DNA of 64,000 nt from Cetorhinus maximus (lineage: Eukaryota). Below, piece after piece: positions 1 to 14,124 of the stretch; within the stretch, counting starts at the first letter, position 1, and the number at the start of each line of letters is the position of its first letter. Made by a program: the position numbers and the translations under genes. The notes beneath the pieces were generated by a model that was given only the letters and a program-made list of their open reading frames with translations, had not been told where the DNA came from and ran no database searches. The DNA is taken from positions 85,064,001-85,128,000 of the forward strand of contig NC_135890.1 of assembly GCF_964194155.1 (NCBI RefSeq), given 5' to 3'.

Positions 1-3000
1 ATCTGGAAGCCAAACTGCAGACACAGCGCAACATAACAGGAAAAATACCAGGACACTCATTCACTCACTCTAGAATCGCTTCATCCAATTCAGGGTTGTG
101 GGGAGTCAGAGCCTATTCTGACAGGCAATGGGCGCTAGAAGATGGTAATTTCTCTTAGAATAGGGTTGTATGTTTTGGTCATCGGTGAGGGACAGGAGGA
201 TGTGACTGTGAGGCAGGTAAAGGGACCGAGCAGACAGTAGTGGAAGAGCCTCAGACTTTGCAATTGTCAAACAGGTTTGAGGTGCTCACAACCTGTGGAA
301 AGCAGGTTGGCCATGATACAGTGAAGCTGTTCAAGCAGGGGGAGCAAGCAAGAATGTAAGGGTAGTAGAGGACAGTATGGTGAGGGACACTGTCACGGTT
401 TTCTGCAACAAAGAGCGAGAGTCCAGATGGCTGTGTTGCCTGCCTGGTGCCAGGGTTTAGGACATCTATTCAGGGCAGGTGAGGAACTTGCAATGGGAGG
501 GGAAGGATCCAATCATTGTGGTCCATGTAGGTACCAATGGCATAGGCAGGGCAAAAAAAGAGGTTCTGCATAGTCAGTATGAGAAGCTAGGTACCAAATT
601 AGGAAGCAGAACTTCAAAGGTAATCAATTCTGGATTATTACCTGAACCACGTGCAAATTGGCATAGAGCAAATAAGATTAGAGAGATGAATGCGTCATTC
701 AAAGATTGGTGTGGGAGAAGTGGGTTCCAGTTCATGGGGCACTGGCACTAGTACTGGGGAAAGTGGGTGCTGTACCATTGGGATAGTCTATACCTGAACC
801 GTGCTGAGACGAATGTTCTTTCGAATTGCATAACTAGGGAAGTAGAGTGGAATTTAAACTAAACAAGGGTGGGGGGAGGGCGGGGGGGTGGATAGTGAAG
901 GATCAAGTTTGGGTAGATGTAGCAAATCAAGGGGTAGATTCAAGGCAGGAGACCATAATAGTAAATGAGGTCATAGGATAGCAGGAATGGACAGAGAGAT
1001 AAAACCTAAGAATACATCTATAGTCAAGATTAGATGTTGCAAGGATAACAAAAAGACAAAACTAAAGGCTCTGTATCTGAATGCATGTAGCATTCATAAC
1101 AAAGTAAATGAATTGATAGCCAACATTGAAGTAAATAAAGATGATCTGATAGCGATTACAGAGATGTGGCTGCAGGATGATGAGGATTGGGTCCTGAATA
1201 TTATGGGGTATATGACATTCAAAAAGAATAGGGAGCTAGGTAAAGATGGAGGGGTAACACTGTGGATCAAGGATAGCATTAGTGCAATATTTAGAGATGA
1301 CCTGGGTTCAGGAGATCAGTATGTAGAATCGTTTGGGTTGAGATGAGGAATAGTAGGGGAAAGAAGTCACTACTGGGAGTCGTCTACAGGCCCCCAACAG
1401 TAATCACGATGTAGGACAAGTACACAAGAAGAAACATCGTGTGATAAAGGGACAACAGTAATCATGGGTGATTTTAATCAAAATATAAACTGGAAAAATC
1501 AGATTAGCAGTAGTAGCCTGGATAAAAAGCAGCTCGTTCTGGAACCAACCAGAGAGCAGGTTATATTAGACCTGGTATTTGTGTAATGTGAATGGATTAA
1601 TTAATAACCTCAGAGTGAAGGCGCCTCTAGGTAGTAGTGACCACAATATGATTTAATTTTCCATCCAGTTTGAAAGGGAGAAGAGTAGGTCTAAGACTAG
1701 TATTTTAAACTTAAATAAGGGCAACTATGTGGGCATGAAAGCTGAGCTAGCTGAAGTGAACTGGAATACTAGGCTAGGGGATAGATCAATAGAGAAGCAA
1801 TGGCAGACATTTAAGGGGATATTTCAGAATACTCAGAATAAATATGTTCCTACTATAAAGAAAAATTCTAAAGGGAGGACCCACAGTCCGTGGTTAACTA
1901 AAGAAGTTAAGGATGACATCAAACTTAAGAACAAAGCATATAACTGCGCAAAGATGAGTCAGATGATTGGTCAGAATATAAAAAATGGCAGAGAATGACT
2001 AAAAGGTTAATCAGGAGAAAGAAATTAGAGTTTGAGAAGAAGCTAGCTAGAAATGTAAAAACGGATAGCAAGAATTCCTACAGGTATTTAAAAAGGAAAA
2101 AAGTAATGAAGTAAGTTGGTCCTCTAGAAAGTGACAATGGGGAGTTAATAGTAGATAATAAGGAAATGGCAGATGAAATTAACAAATATTTTGCTTCTGT
2201 CTTCACTATAGAGGATACAAAAAACATTCCAGTAATAGCTATAAATCAAGAGATGGAAGGGAAAGGGGAATTTGGTGAAACTACAATAACTAGGGAAGTG
2301 GTACTGAGCAAACTGATGGAGATGCGGGCTGACAAGTCTCCAGGTTCTGATAGACTTCATCCTAGGGTCTTAAAAGGTGGTGGCTTATGAGATAGTAGAT
2401 GCGTTGGTATTAATTTTCCAAAATTCCCTAGATTCTGGAAAGGTTCCATCAGACTGGAAAGTAGCAAATATAACCCCTCTATTCAAGAAAGGAGGGAGGC
2501 AGAAAGCAGGAAATATAGACCAGTTAGCTTGACATCTGTCGTGGGGAAGGTGTTAGAATCGCTCATTAAGGAAATTTTGCCAGACACTTAGAGAAACTCA
2601 AGGTAATCAGGAAGAGTCAGCGTGGTTTTGTGAAAGGGAAATCATGTTCAATCAATTTATTGGAGCTCTTTGAAGGAGTAACGTTCGCTGTGGATAAAGG
2701 GGTGCCTGTAGACATGCTGTACTTGGATTTCCAGAAGGCATTTGATAAGGTGCCACATCAAAAGGTCATTGTGGAAAATAAAAGTTCATCGTGTAGGAGG
2801 TAACATATTAGCATGGATAGAAGATTGGCTGGCCGGCAGAAAACAGACAGTATGCGTAAATAGGTCTTTTTCTGATTGGCAGGATGTGACAAATGGAGTC
2901 CCGTGAGGGTCCGTGCTTTTACAATTTATATCAATGACTTAGATGAGGGGAGAGAAGGCATGGTAACTAAATTTGCAGATGACACAAAGATAGGTAGGAA

Positions 3001-3880
3001 AGTATGTTGTGAAGAGGACATGAGGAGGTTGCGAATGGATACAAATAGGTTGAGTGAGTGGGCAAAATTCCAGCAGATGAAGTATAATGCAGGAAAATGT
3101 GAAACTGTTCACTTTGGCAGGAAGAATAAAATAGCCAAGTATTACTCAAATGGAGAATGGCTGCAGAATTCCGAGGTGCAGAGGGATCTAGGTGTTCTAG
3201 TGCATGAGTCACAAGAAGTTAGTATGCAGGTACAGCATGTATTTAAGAAGGATAATGGAATGCTTTATTACGAGAGGAATTGAACATAAAGTAAGGATGT
3301 TATGCTTCAGTTATACAGGGCATTGATGAGACCACATCTTGAATAGCGTGTGCAGTTTTGGTCTTCTTATTTAAGGGAGTATAAATGCATTGGGGGTGGT
3401 TCAGCGGTTTGCTAGATTGATACCTGGAATGAGTCGGTTTTCTTATGAGGAAAGGCTAGACAGACTGGGCTTGTTTCCACTGGAGTTTAGAAGAGTGAGG
3501 GGTGACTTGATTGAAGTATATAAGATCCTGAATGGTATTGACAAGGTGGACGTGGAAAAGATGTTTCCTCTTGTAGGTGAATCCAGAACTAGGGGCCACT
3601 GTTTTCAAATTAGGGCTCGTCCTTTTAGGACAGCGATGAGGAGAATTTTTTTCTCAGAGGGTTGTGCAACTTTGAAGGTGCCTTAAAAGGTGGTGGAGGC
3701 GGGGTCATTGCATATTTTTAAGGTGGAGGTAGATAGATTCTTGTTAGACAAGGGAATCAAAGGTTATCAGGGGTAGATGGGAACGTGGAATTTGAAACAC
3801 AAACAGATCAGCCATGATCTTATCGAATGGCGGAGCAGGCTTGGTCTACTTCTGCTTCTATTTCGTATGTTCATATGAAG
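1..3880 (+). mobile_element. Near full-length decayed CR1-clade LINE (ORF1 esterase, ORF2 APE-RT)
   Basis: ORF1 SGNH esterase motif VVHVGTN (479-751); APE start LYLNACSI..IAITEMW (987-1346); RT KFADDTK (2876-3283); C-terminal SYEERLDRLGLF..RGDLIEVYK (3390-3686); short-repeat tail near 3860-3878. Many stops and frameshifts. Confidence 0.92.
57..140 (-). mobile_element. Short 3' fragment of a V-SINE/Mermaid-like SINE inserted in CR1 ORF1
   Basis: ctcattcactcactc tail followed by cagggttgtggggagtcagagcctattc interrupts CR1 ORF1 and resembles the reverse 3' end of fish V-SINEs (from recall). Confidence 0.45.
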
Positions 3881-4389
3881 TGGCGGTATAAACACATTTA
3901 TGCCTTTTCAGAAAATTTGACCAACACTAGAAAAAGTTTGCAGATGCAAACTTTTCTGGGATCTGGGATACAGCCTCACAAATTAAGCTGCAGGTACATC
4001 TAGAATTTGTCAAGAAGGAATAAGCTATGGGTCATGAATAGTGCTATATAAAGGAAAGTTCTTTATTTCTTTAAGTTCTGGTATCTACACTAATTTTGAA
4101 AGGAACCGATAAGAGAAAGTTACTTACTGAGTTTGTAAATATTCAAGTGTGCTTCTCTTCACTAAGTCATACAGTGGTGTTTACAAGTACAATAATGCTC
4201 ACTTTCAAAAGGACTTCAATGTTTGATAACATTTATGTGGTTTGATAAAATCTGACAAAGCAATTGCATTAAAATTCTGAAGCAAAATTACTTTCCCTCG
4301 GGGGGGGGATTAAAGATGAAAAGTACATTAAGCCAATGTAAACAATCAAGCATGAAGATCCAGGTTTTATATAAATATTTTTCACATAC

Positions 4390-4517
4390 TTCCTGTCCTT
4401 GTTTCCAGTAACAGCTAGATAAGGAGGACTATCCTTTAGGTTCACACAGGTGAAGTCTCCTGCAGAGTTCCCCAGTGTTGCCAAAGGTTGAGATGTTTGT
4501 AGGCAATAAACTTGTAC
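4390..4517 (-). CDS. FBXW8: FBXW8 coding exon, 128 bp
   Basis: Acceptor ttttattatcttctag|GT and donor AA|gtatgt. Translates VQVYCLQTSQPLATLGNSAGDFTCVNLKDSPPYLAVTGNKDR, matching FBXW8 LGN..DFTCVNLSDSPPNLMVSGNMDGR. In frame with the upstream exon. Confidence 0.94.
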
Positions 4518-6368
4518 CTAGAAGATAATAAAAGTTCTCCAATGATAAAGTATACCAGACTGAAATGACTTGAAACCAGAACAAGTGTTTTAAATGCAAC
4601 TGACTTTATTTTGTTATAAGTATTAGTATTTATTGCAATGTCAATAAGATGAGCAGTTTCTGCTACATTTGCCTGCCACGAGTTGGTGAAAAATATAGCC
4701 TCATGATTTACTCAGACCTGCCCCTGCAAATGACTATGTTGGTACTGGATGACTGAAACTTTTTCAAAACAAATAAAACAATGCCACAAAGGATTAACCT
4801 ATTATCAACTTTAACAGATGGATCATAATGTTAATTATTAATCTTTATTAAAATCAACAAGAAAGACTTTAAGAAAAGGCTTGTACTTGCTAGGTCTCTG
4901 AATTTATATTTAGCAACTATTTTTTCCTGTCATTTATGTCATTTTACACAGGTCACTGGATTAGCCCTATGAATCCATTACTGACTCAGCTAATTGATTA
5001 TTTTCTTTGTTACCTAATATATTGAATATTGCTGTACTTGGTCAACTCGTCAAAATTTTAAAAAGGTCATCAAAAAGAATTAAGTAATGTTCCCAGGAGC
5101 ACAGCATAGCTTTTGAAACAGTAATGGACTGACTGCAAGAAACCACTAAGTAAATAATTCAATTTTCAATATTTCAGATTGGAACAATGAGTAACACTAT
5201 CAGGAGCTGATGGCAGAATACAGAGAAGAATTATGCATAATTATTGTGATATTTTACAAAAAAAGGTCAAAATGCATCTGATTAATGCACTTAAAAATCA
5301 ATAGATTTCTGAGACAAACCATTTGTTTTAGATGTAATCAAAGCATCAGTTTATAGTCTCAGGCTTGAGCTGCATTTAAGTATGCAGGTCTGATTTCTGC
5401 ACATATTGTTAGGGCATTAAATATTCTGGGAGTTTGCTTAATTCAAGGTTTCATTCTTCTTTGATACATATAGTTCTCTTACGCAAAGGTTAAGGAACCT
5501 AACTATTACAATCGACTTTTTAAACTCTTTTCAAATTATCCATTATAATTCAACAATTTGGTAATTTACAGATTTATTTCATATGCAAATATTTAAATAA
5601 TCATGTGATGACTGAATAAAGCTGTAAAAAAGTGGTAGTGAAATGTTAAATGGTTAAGGGCAGAAACTTTCACCTTGAGTGTTCAAGAATGAAAGCACTA
5701 TGTAACCTCCACTAACATTAACATTATTGCATGTCGCAAATAGTAGCAATCAGCAACCTCAGTGCCTCACAAATCGTAAATTTGGGGCTGTAAGTTGTGG
5801 ATCCTAAATTTGCATATACTTTGATCTGGACAAGGTCACAGATTGCCCTGCTAAAATTCAGTTGTGATTCTCACTTTATTTTTATTAGGCCCTGAAATTA
5901 CAACGTGAAATACTGTTGTATAAATTCTTGTATCTATCAAAGATTCCGCTCTCTATTGCTGTATTAATAGCCAATTTAAATATTATAAATATTTCTGCTG
6001 AGAGAATTTTCAGATAAAATAAATTAAGTTTTATAATGTTAGTATTCCAGGCATAATTTCAGAGACTCAGTATTCAAACATGCATTTCCAAACATATGGT
6101 AGATTTGCCGACCAACAACAGCAATTTTCACTTACATACTGCCTATAACGCGACACAAGATCCTAAACTGAGCAAGAATAGGGAAAATGTTAATGGAGGC
6201 GTGAGCTAAGAGGCAGGTGTTCAGCAGTTTTTAAAATGGTGAAGCAAGGCAGATCTATCTGGGAACACTACTGATACCTTATCTAACTAACATTCTTCAT
6301 CTCGATTCCATGACAGTTGAAAGCTCTGTCACCAATGACTGACTGAAAGAGGTGGTTGCACATAGTAG

Positions 6369-7430
6369 TGTTACGACAGGAGGGGGGGTTAATTTAAGCA
6401 GCACTATTTTCTCCTCTCACCATCCATCCATAAACAAAAAGATCTTTTGATTTGTTTCTCTCTTTATACGTGGTGGCGTATTTCCCAACCCCTCAGTTTT
6501 ATTAGATCCAATTTTCTATTAATAATCCCACAGCAAACTCAAGATAGAATGAACTCAAAGGGTTAGTTTGTTTGCACACATTCAAAACACAAGAGGGTCT
6601 CAACATCGCCTTCTAATTCAAATAGTATAGGGAGAGAGAGAAAAGAAAGTTTTATAGTACAGAGACCACAGAGAAAAGAAATATTGGATCACATGAGTTC
6701 CAGAGTCCAGAAACAAAGTCCAATGAAGTATTCCTTCCTGGAAGTTGGTGGGCTGCAAATCAATGTTGTAGGATTCACTTTTCCGATGGTGTGGACTTCA
6801 CACAATGAGATAGGCATGCAGAGATGAATCAGTCTTGAAGGTGATGGTACAGAGTTTCCAGCAGCAGTGTAGATGGGGGCCAGGTATTCCATCTGGGTAG
6901 AGCTCCTTGTCTGTGACGTTGCTGGTCAGATGGTTAACAGAAGAACTATGTAGTTCAGCAAGGCAAAATTACTTGTTCCACAAGCCAGAGGCCCATGTCA
7001 CATGACTCCCACCTCTCTGCCAGGTCTTTGACAAAGGATGTGTATCCATTGTCTGGATTCCAAAGACTGTTAAATGTTCCAGCCATTAGGAATTCAAAGG
7101 AATGTTGCAGGGCCTTTGTGTTAGCAGACAATCCATCTCCTTCTGGCCAGCCTGGGTTATTACATGCAGATGGCCTTTGTGTGGCTCTCTTTGAAGTTGG
7201 CCTGTACAGTCCACATGTGGTCGTTAATGGCTCCTCAGAGATAACGAGATGAGAGTTTACCCAAAACTGCCAAGTAGCTTATTTTGTTCAGTGGGGTGGG
7301 GTTCATAGTCAGACATTGGTTCATCCATTTTAAAGGTCTTTGTTCAGTTTTAAATTTTTAGAAATAGCAATAAGCGTATAGATATGTATTTGATAAAAAA
7401 ATATACAGTGAAAGGTCTTAGTCCCTCACA
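6369..7430. mobile_element. Solo LTR (Gypsy/ERV-type), 1062 bp
   Basis: Begins TGTTAC and ends TCACA, flanked by 4-bp TSD GTAG (6365-6368 / 7431-7434). Interrupts an old L2-like fragment. Confidence 0.75.
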
Positions 7431-7829
7431 GTAGTCTGAAAGCACATGAGCAAGAGGGTGCTTGCTGAGACACAGGGCTGGTAGAGACAGCAGAGATAGG
7501 GTTAGGGAATAATTTTACAAATGAGGACAAGATTTCTGAATTTACAGATCATAATTACTGTTTTCATCTGAAATGTGTTATGCGAATTCAATAATTTGGG
7601 TCTGGATGAAAAAAAATATTTAAAGGTTCTATTATTCACCCACTTTCTGCATTTATTCTAAAAATTGCACAGTTGCTATTTTTATGATGGAGAATGCCTT
7701 ATGATCCTCTAGACTTCTTCATTGTAAACTGATTTTTTCAGTTCACATTTATTGTGAATAAAAGAAGAATGGGTCTAGTTAACTTCATTTGTGCATTACT
7801 GATCCATTTTTAGGCTTAAAATTTATAAA

Positions 7830-9265
7830 TATTTTGCTTGTTGCTTGACCCAATCCCTCAACTCCAGTCTGCCTATTGTACACCTTCTCTAGACCTACTT
7901 TTCTTTTACGTGTCCCATTACAATCTCTTTTTGCTTTGTGCCATCATCCCTTTGGTAATTTCATATTTCTTGCCTTCCACTGTATCATCGACCTTCCCTT
8001 TTGTTCTTTCTTCCTCCCCCCACTTTCCCTGCCTCTGTACCTGTTTAAAAACTGTTACGTCTCTAACTTTTTCCAGTTCTGATGAAAAAACACCAACCTG
8101 AAATGCTTACGAGCTTCTAAAAATGGTGGTCCCACCCCCATATCTGGCAGATCCAATTTTTGGGGAAAGGGGTCTGGCGTGATTCACATAGGAAGGAAAC
8201 CTGAACTTAGCAGGGCTTTTGCTGATGCAAGGGCCTTAACCTGCAGTGAGGGAGTCATGAATTGATGGATTGACGTTAACACTCTTGAAGGGTAGGTAAG
8301 ATCTGTATAGCTGTCATGATCTGAAGTTTTTTTAAATGCTCCATTCTTTAAATTTAAGAAAAACAGGCTGCACTTGTTAAGTAAATGTTAAAAACCACCC
8401 TGTGCTAGTTTTCTTTCATTGACAGGCCTAAGTTAGAAAAAAAAAAGCACAAGGTCATGCAGTTTCAATAGAGGTCCTTGTCGACATTTCCCAATGACTA
8501 TTGTGAATGCTTGGCTGAGTTTCAAAAGCTATTATCTCACTAGGGGGTTCCAAGTTCACAGTTCGATTGACAGATTAAATAAGTTATTAAAGAATTAGCT
8601 GTCTTTGATGTGGGTCTGAATAGAAGTTTGTTTGTTTTTATAAGAGATTATCCACTTGAGTAGATTAAAAAATTTTGAATGGGTTTTATGAATGGGAGTT
8701 TTTTTTCACTATCAGGTGTTTGGAATGGCAGCTGAACTAGATTGTTTAGAAGTTTTTTGTCATCTCCATATGGCTCCTGAGGTCTGCCCGTGGTAGATAC
8801 TGGGTGAGTGGCTATGGAAATGGCATGAAGGGTATGGGGGGCATTTGGAGGTATGTTGGCATTGAGGGTTGGAGGGTCCACAGGGGGTAGGTGGCGGGTG
8901 AGAGAACTAGAGAGCCAACAACTTCTAAAACAACTGGGACAAAGTCCAAGAATTGAGGTGGACCTTCTAAACAACCTGCCTTGGCACTTGTCTGCCAATG
9001 TGGCTGCTTATGTGCTGCTTCTAGGGGTTGGCAAGCCCAACTTCCGTCCTGCACCTACCCACCCCCAGAACAAAAATCATGTATTTTTTTACCCAGGTGA
9101 GTCTGGTGAGTTGGGAAATTTTCCAACTCGAGCTACCTGCTTTGAAATTTCAACATTGGCTACCGCTTTGGTAGCCAAAATCCAGGCCACTAACTCTGTT
9201 TCTCTCTCCAAAAATGCTGTCTGACCTGTTGAGTATTTCTAGCTTTTTCTGGGTTTTTTTTAAAT
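7830..9265 (+). mobile_element. Penelope-like element 3'/pLTR fragment split by a MITE
   Basis: ccagttctgatgaa...ctgaaatg (to about 8105) resumes as taactctgtttctctctcc...gacctgttgagtatttctagc (9190-9265). Same repeat as at 12431, 33655, 36708 and 56735. Confidence 0.7.
8108..9188 (-). mobile_element. Non-autonomous DNA transposon (Harbinger-type MITE)
   Basis: Terminus aaaatccaggcc at 9188. Internal sequence is the reverse complement of 33736-36050 (shared gtgaaaaaaaactcccattcat.aaacccattcaaaa and cacatcaaagacagcta). Confidence 0.7.
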
Positions 9266-11589
9266 GAATGCTTTGACAAATGAGGTCTAGGGGATGGCAG
9301 CAACATCTCTGATGGCCTTATATGGTTAAGATTTGAGCAGTGGAATTCTGGATAAGTTGTTTCTGTTACATTGGAAGAAGTCACATTTTGAAGTGATAAG
9401 CATGTGAATGAAATGTGGTTGGAGATGGTAACATCTCACAATTGGAAATAGTTGATTTTGGTGATGTAGATATACAGTTTCACAGTACATGACCATTCAT
9501 TTGCCAGTATGCACATCAATTCCACATTTCAATAAAGGGAATTTCAGAATGTGTGGATGGACTGCAAGTCCTCCAGTGTTTTTCTGTATTGGAGATAAAT
9601 TAATCTAACTGTTTTATACAGAGGACAGGGAATAGCTCTGTAGTCAGATCTTAAATTGAGAATTAATGAAAACTGGAACCATGCTTTGATAATAAAATTC
9701 TATGAATTATTTTCTTTCCTTTTGCAAGTACATATTTCTAAATCTGATCCAGAATAACAAGATACATTTCACACATTTCTTTACTTACCTTCCCCAGCCA
9801 ATTTCTGAGAGTCTGGACAGTGAGTGTCAGGAGACCATTCTTTTCATGAGGTGAGGGGGCATTTCCACAATTCTGTTAGCCTGACAAACTTATCCATGGG
9901 TATTCCAGCAAGTCACTGAACAGTGGGAACCAGGCTATTTTCCCCCATCTAGCTCAATGATGCTGAGGCAAAGTATAGATTCTCCCAACTCATCTAGAAA
10001 TAGATAGTTTAGACTGGGGATCAAAACTGGGGCCTTCCCTATCTGTGTATTTATTAATTGAGTCATTTAGCTGTACTTAATGTTCATAAATTCTGTTTCA
10101 CAACAAACTACATTAGTTATGTGTAAAAATTATCTTTTCAGTATTGTGAGCTAAGAACCCTGATGATCTAGTGATAAATATTTAAATCTATTTTTCTTGC
10201 TACTACAATATTGTATAATTGTACCAAATATTACCTGATGGTCTAGAAGGGTGCAGCATGATTCCTCACCCTGGTAGTAGATAGCTATGGTGTTGCATTG
10301 ACGATGACCTGATCTGTCCTTTGCTGAAGCAACCAGATACTGCTTACTTTGTGCAATCCCTCCAAGAAAGTACAGAATAGTGAAATATAATACTGCCTTC
10401 TGGTGGCTTTCCTCTCTCCTCCCAAACCTGCTACTGATTTTAATAGAGTATTACAGTTAATTATTTGGATTTTGGATTAAGTATCTGAAGCTCATTCAAA
10501 CGTTAATGCTCTTTCCCCATTATCATTTGAGATAGAAAAGCCAACTGTTAACATTTGTTGGTATACATGTGAAATTTATAGACATGTGGAATTTATAGTT
10601 GAAATAGAAGAGCTGATTATTGGAAATAGGATATTGTAGCTTTCAAGGTGTGAGTAACACTATCACTCTCAGTTAATGTATTAATACAATTAAAAACACA
10701 GTGTATTGATCCAAGAGGCATTAGTAAAGTGGTTCAGTAGTGTATATAATGATAAGTAAACCAAAGTGCTGCACTGATTGCAGCTACAGAGAGCCTTATA
10801 CAGTCACCCTATTATGTAGATTACATATGATAAGTATGGATGAGGGGGTTGGGACAGGTAACAAGTAAAACATTTACAAATTTTAATACAGTAATGAATA
10901 AGCTGCATTGTTAACCACATCCACTCTTTTTTTCTATTAACAATAATTGTGAATTTAAAAAATCATAATAAATGCAATGGAGAAGTCCAGAAGATCATAA
11001 GGCATTTTCCATCACTAAATTAACAACACTGTGCAACTTTTTAGAATGAATTTCTGCAACACATTTCAAATGAAAAACAGGATTAACAGTAATTATAATT
11101 CAGTGCAATTAGATCCTGACCATAAGGCATCGTAATTATATATGAACTTGTGTGATTGAAATACTTTTTCTCATAAATACGTTATAAATCATTTTTTGAG
11201 AGCCTGAGATGATTTATTGTACAGTTTTTACACCTTCTCCCTGGAGAGAACACTGGTCAGACTCAGGGTTCCACTGTGAATTGGAATCTTTTGGCCTGTG
11301 GCCTTGCAGTCCTGTAGCACAGTAGAATGATTGTCCATGATTACAGTTTTCAAGGTGAAAGTTAGAAAAGTATTTTAGAAACAGAAAACTGAACACTGCA
11401 TTTAAATATAATCATACTTCAAAACAAAAGTCATGTGATATTCACTTTCTGGTTGCCAAAAAAGTAACTGTTGCAGGAATTTTATCAGAATAAAAACCTG
11501 TAGTGGCATTTCAGAATCTACAACGTGCATTATTAATCAATAGTGCAATGTCACTTGGGAAATTTGTTTAAACAAAGTAACTAGGAGTG

Positions 11590-11790
11590 TAGGGGAAGCA
11601 TAGTGCATCACCTCTGAGGCCTGAATCAAATACAACTCAGACAGAAGACAGATGGGATAAAGATCTTTTACCTTGATTGCTGTGAGGGATTCCAAGTGAA
11701 AGATTCAGGTCATTTCAAATCAGGTTCTAGTGGACAGGAGTCTGTAGCACAAAACTGGCCACATGCTCAGCAAGAATACATGAAATAAAT
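11590..11790 (+). mobile_element. Ancient LF-SINE-like fragment
   Basis: gtgaaagatt...caggttctagtggacaggagtctgtagcacaaaac resembles the recalled LF-SINE core ccagttcctagtggacaggtgtccacatcacaaaac. Confidence 0.45.
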
Positions 11791-12430
11791 GGTGCAATTG
11801 TATTCAAGAGTAATTAGTCAGAAATTAACATGAGCACCATTTTGTTTATAGTTAACGAATACAAATTATTCATTCTGAAGGATCTTTGGTTTATATTGTT
11901 TCACAGGTTGCTGCACTATAGAATACATACTGCAGCATTCATACTGATTTATAGGTTACATAGTCATTTCAGACACATTGAAGTCCTATAAATCTATATA
12001 TACCAGCTCTTCACATTATGGCAGGGACAGTAACCGGCAGAAGCAGGGTCAATCCTCATCAGAGGATTCAAGATACACGAGGGGGAAGGGAGAGTTAGCA
12101 TTGAGCACTGGCATGAGGTTGTGCTTGGACCTTGTTGGGGAGAGGTCAAAAGGTTTTATCCCTTAAGGTTAGGCCGAGGAGTATCTTTGGTTTTGAGGGT
12201 GGGCAGGGAATATGTATGGATATCTCCAAGCCTTTCCTAGTTTTAGGTGTAGTTAATGCATCATTTGTTTTGCTCTGCGGATGACCCACAGTTATTTTTG
12301 TGAGGATCGCTAAATTGCCCCAGGTTTGAGAGGTGTACCTTCTTTCTACTTCAAATGAAACTTTTGTAAACTTACAAGCTGTGATTCCTTGTCCAGAAAA
12401 CAGTAGGCCAAGCAGGCAAGGCATTGGGTC

Positions 12431-12653
12431 CAAAATAAAAACAAAATACTGCAGATGCTGGAAATCTGAAATAAAAACAGAAAACACTGTAAGAACTCAG
12501 CAGGTCTGGCAGCATCTGTGGAGCCAGAAAGAGAGTTAACGTTTTGAGTCCGTATGACTCTGAAGAAGAGTCACATGGACATGAAACATTAATTCTCTCT
12601 CCACAGATGCTGCCAGACCTGCTGAGTTTTTCCAGCATTTTCTGTTTTTATTT
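12431..12653. mobile_element. Penelope-derived inverted pLTR insertion forming an approximately 200-nt hairpin
   Basis: Arms aaataaaaacagaaaa..ctcagcaggtctggcagcatctgtggag / ctccacagatgctgccagacctgctgag..ttttctgtttttattt. 13-bp TSD aagg(c/t)attgggtc at 12418-12430 and 12654-12666. Confidence 0.85.
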
Positions 12654-12759
12654 AAGGTATTGGGTCTCGTGTAATATTCTATGGTTTAGATAGTCTTCAG
12701 GTGGCTGCTCCATTCTACTCCTCCCCCATTGTCCAGCTCCATAGACTCCCCTCATGTGA

Positions 12760-13010
12760 TGGCACTCTGCCTTTCCTTAATACAATCAGTGCATCTCCAG
12801 CAATTACTTTTATTCTCACTCCACAATAACTGTTGTATGGTCAATTAAGGATCCACCTGGAGCCCCCTGCTCTTCTACACCTGCATGTTACCCCTCAGTG
12901 ACCTGCAGGCACTTTTTCTATGTGGCTGTTGGCATCCAGTTCTACGTTTCTATCACTTCCCTCAATTTCAACATCATCACTTGGATGCTAGACTACTTGT
13001 CTGACACCTG
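12760..13010 (+). mobile_element. Old L2 LINE RT fragment
   Basis: Degenerate QGS.LGPLLF..Y.LPL and Y.DD.QLY coding region. Confidence 0.45.
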
Positions 13011-14124
13011 CTAAACCTGCACCAGACTGTACAAAACCATAGCATTCTGCCTGATTCTTTGTACTGTTTCTCTTTTTTATATTAAAATAATAGCCCTTCA
13101 CAACAAAAGTGACATTTGTGAATGAAACGGCTACAATTCAGGATGCTTTAGGAACATAAAAATTATGAGTAACTGGTAGACAAAAGCTAGCATTGAAGAT
13201 AACTTCACAACAATTAGAACTTGCACAATCGGAGTAAGAACAAAAGTTATTTCTGAAGTGATATGACTAATTTACAACTCCCAAATGAGCTTCAGCATTA
13301 GATTCAGTTATAATCACAATGAGAAATATAAAACATTAGCCACCTCAGTGTAGGTGATTGATAGATGAAAAATGCTTTAAGTAGCAGAGCCTATTTCTCC
13401 CTCCCAATGCTGACCAAACAAGACATTAATTTTAGTTGCCCTGCCTGATAATTTCAATTATTCATGCATATATAGCACTTAGAAAAGTGTATCAAATCCA
13501 TAAAATGTTATACTATGAAACCCCGTTATCGAACTATTGTTTTGATATACGCACACATGCACAAAGGAATATGTTAGAAGCAATAATTCATGTTATTTGA
13601 GTGGCAACTTACTTTAAACACTTTACCTTGACCACAGCACAGTGAATCTGTGCCAACATTCACTTGCATTAGACAGTCTCGATCTTCAGCAGCCAATAGT
13701 CCCCATTTGCCAAGGGTCAAATAAGTTAAAGTTAAAACTATTTTACAACTTGTTAGGTTGTACTTTCAAATCTCAATTAAGCATGATACACCAGCGACAC
13801 AAGGGATTAGAAACTTGCGTGTTTTAGTGGATTATGTGTGTGCTGTATGCATAAAACACAACATCATTAGGTCTGCTTCACTGTGACTACCTCCTACAAA
13901 AAGGCCACTGGATAAATCAGCCTTGCAATTGTGTTCCGTGCTTCTAACAAGTGAGTAAGCAGCTGTGATATGAATACGTGTTATCTAAATGAACGTTCTG
14001 TGGGAAAGAAATCAGACAAGCTAGACAATGGTGGATATGATTTGCATGCGATGTACCTCAAAGTCTTCAATATTTTACAAGAAAATAGTTATCATTGAAT
14101 TTTCACTGTAAAATTATTAGGTGT

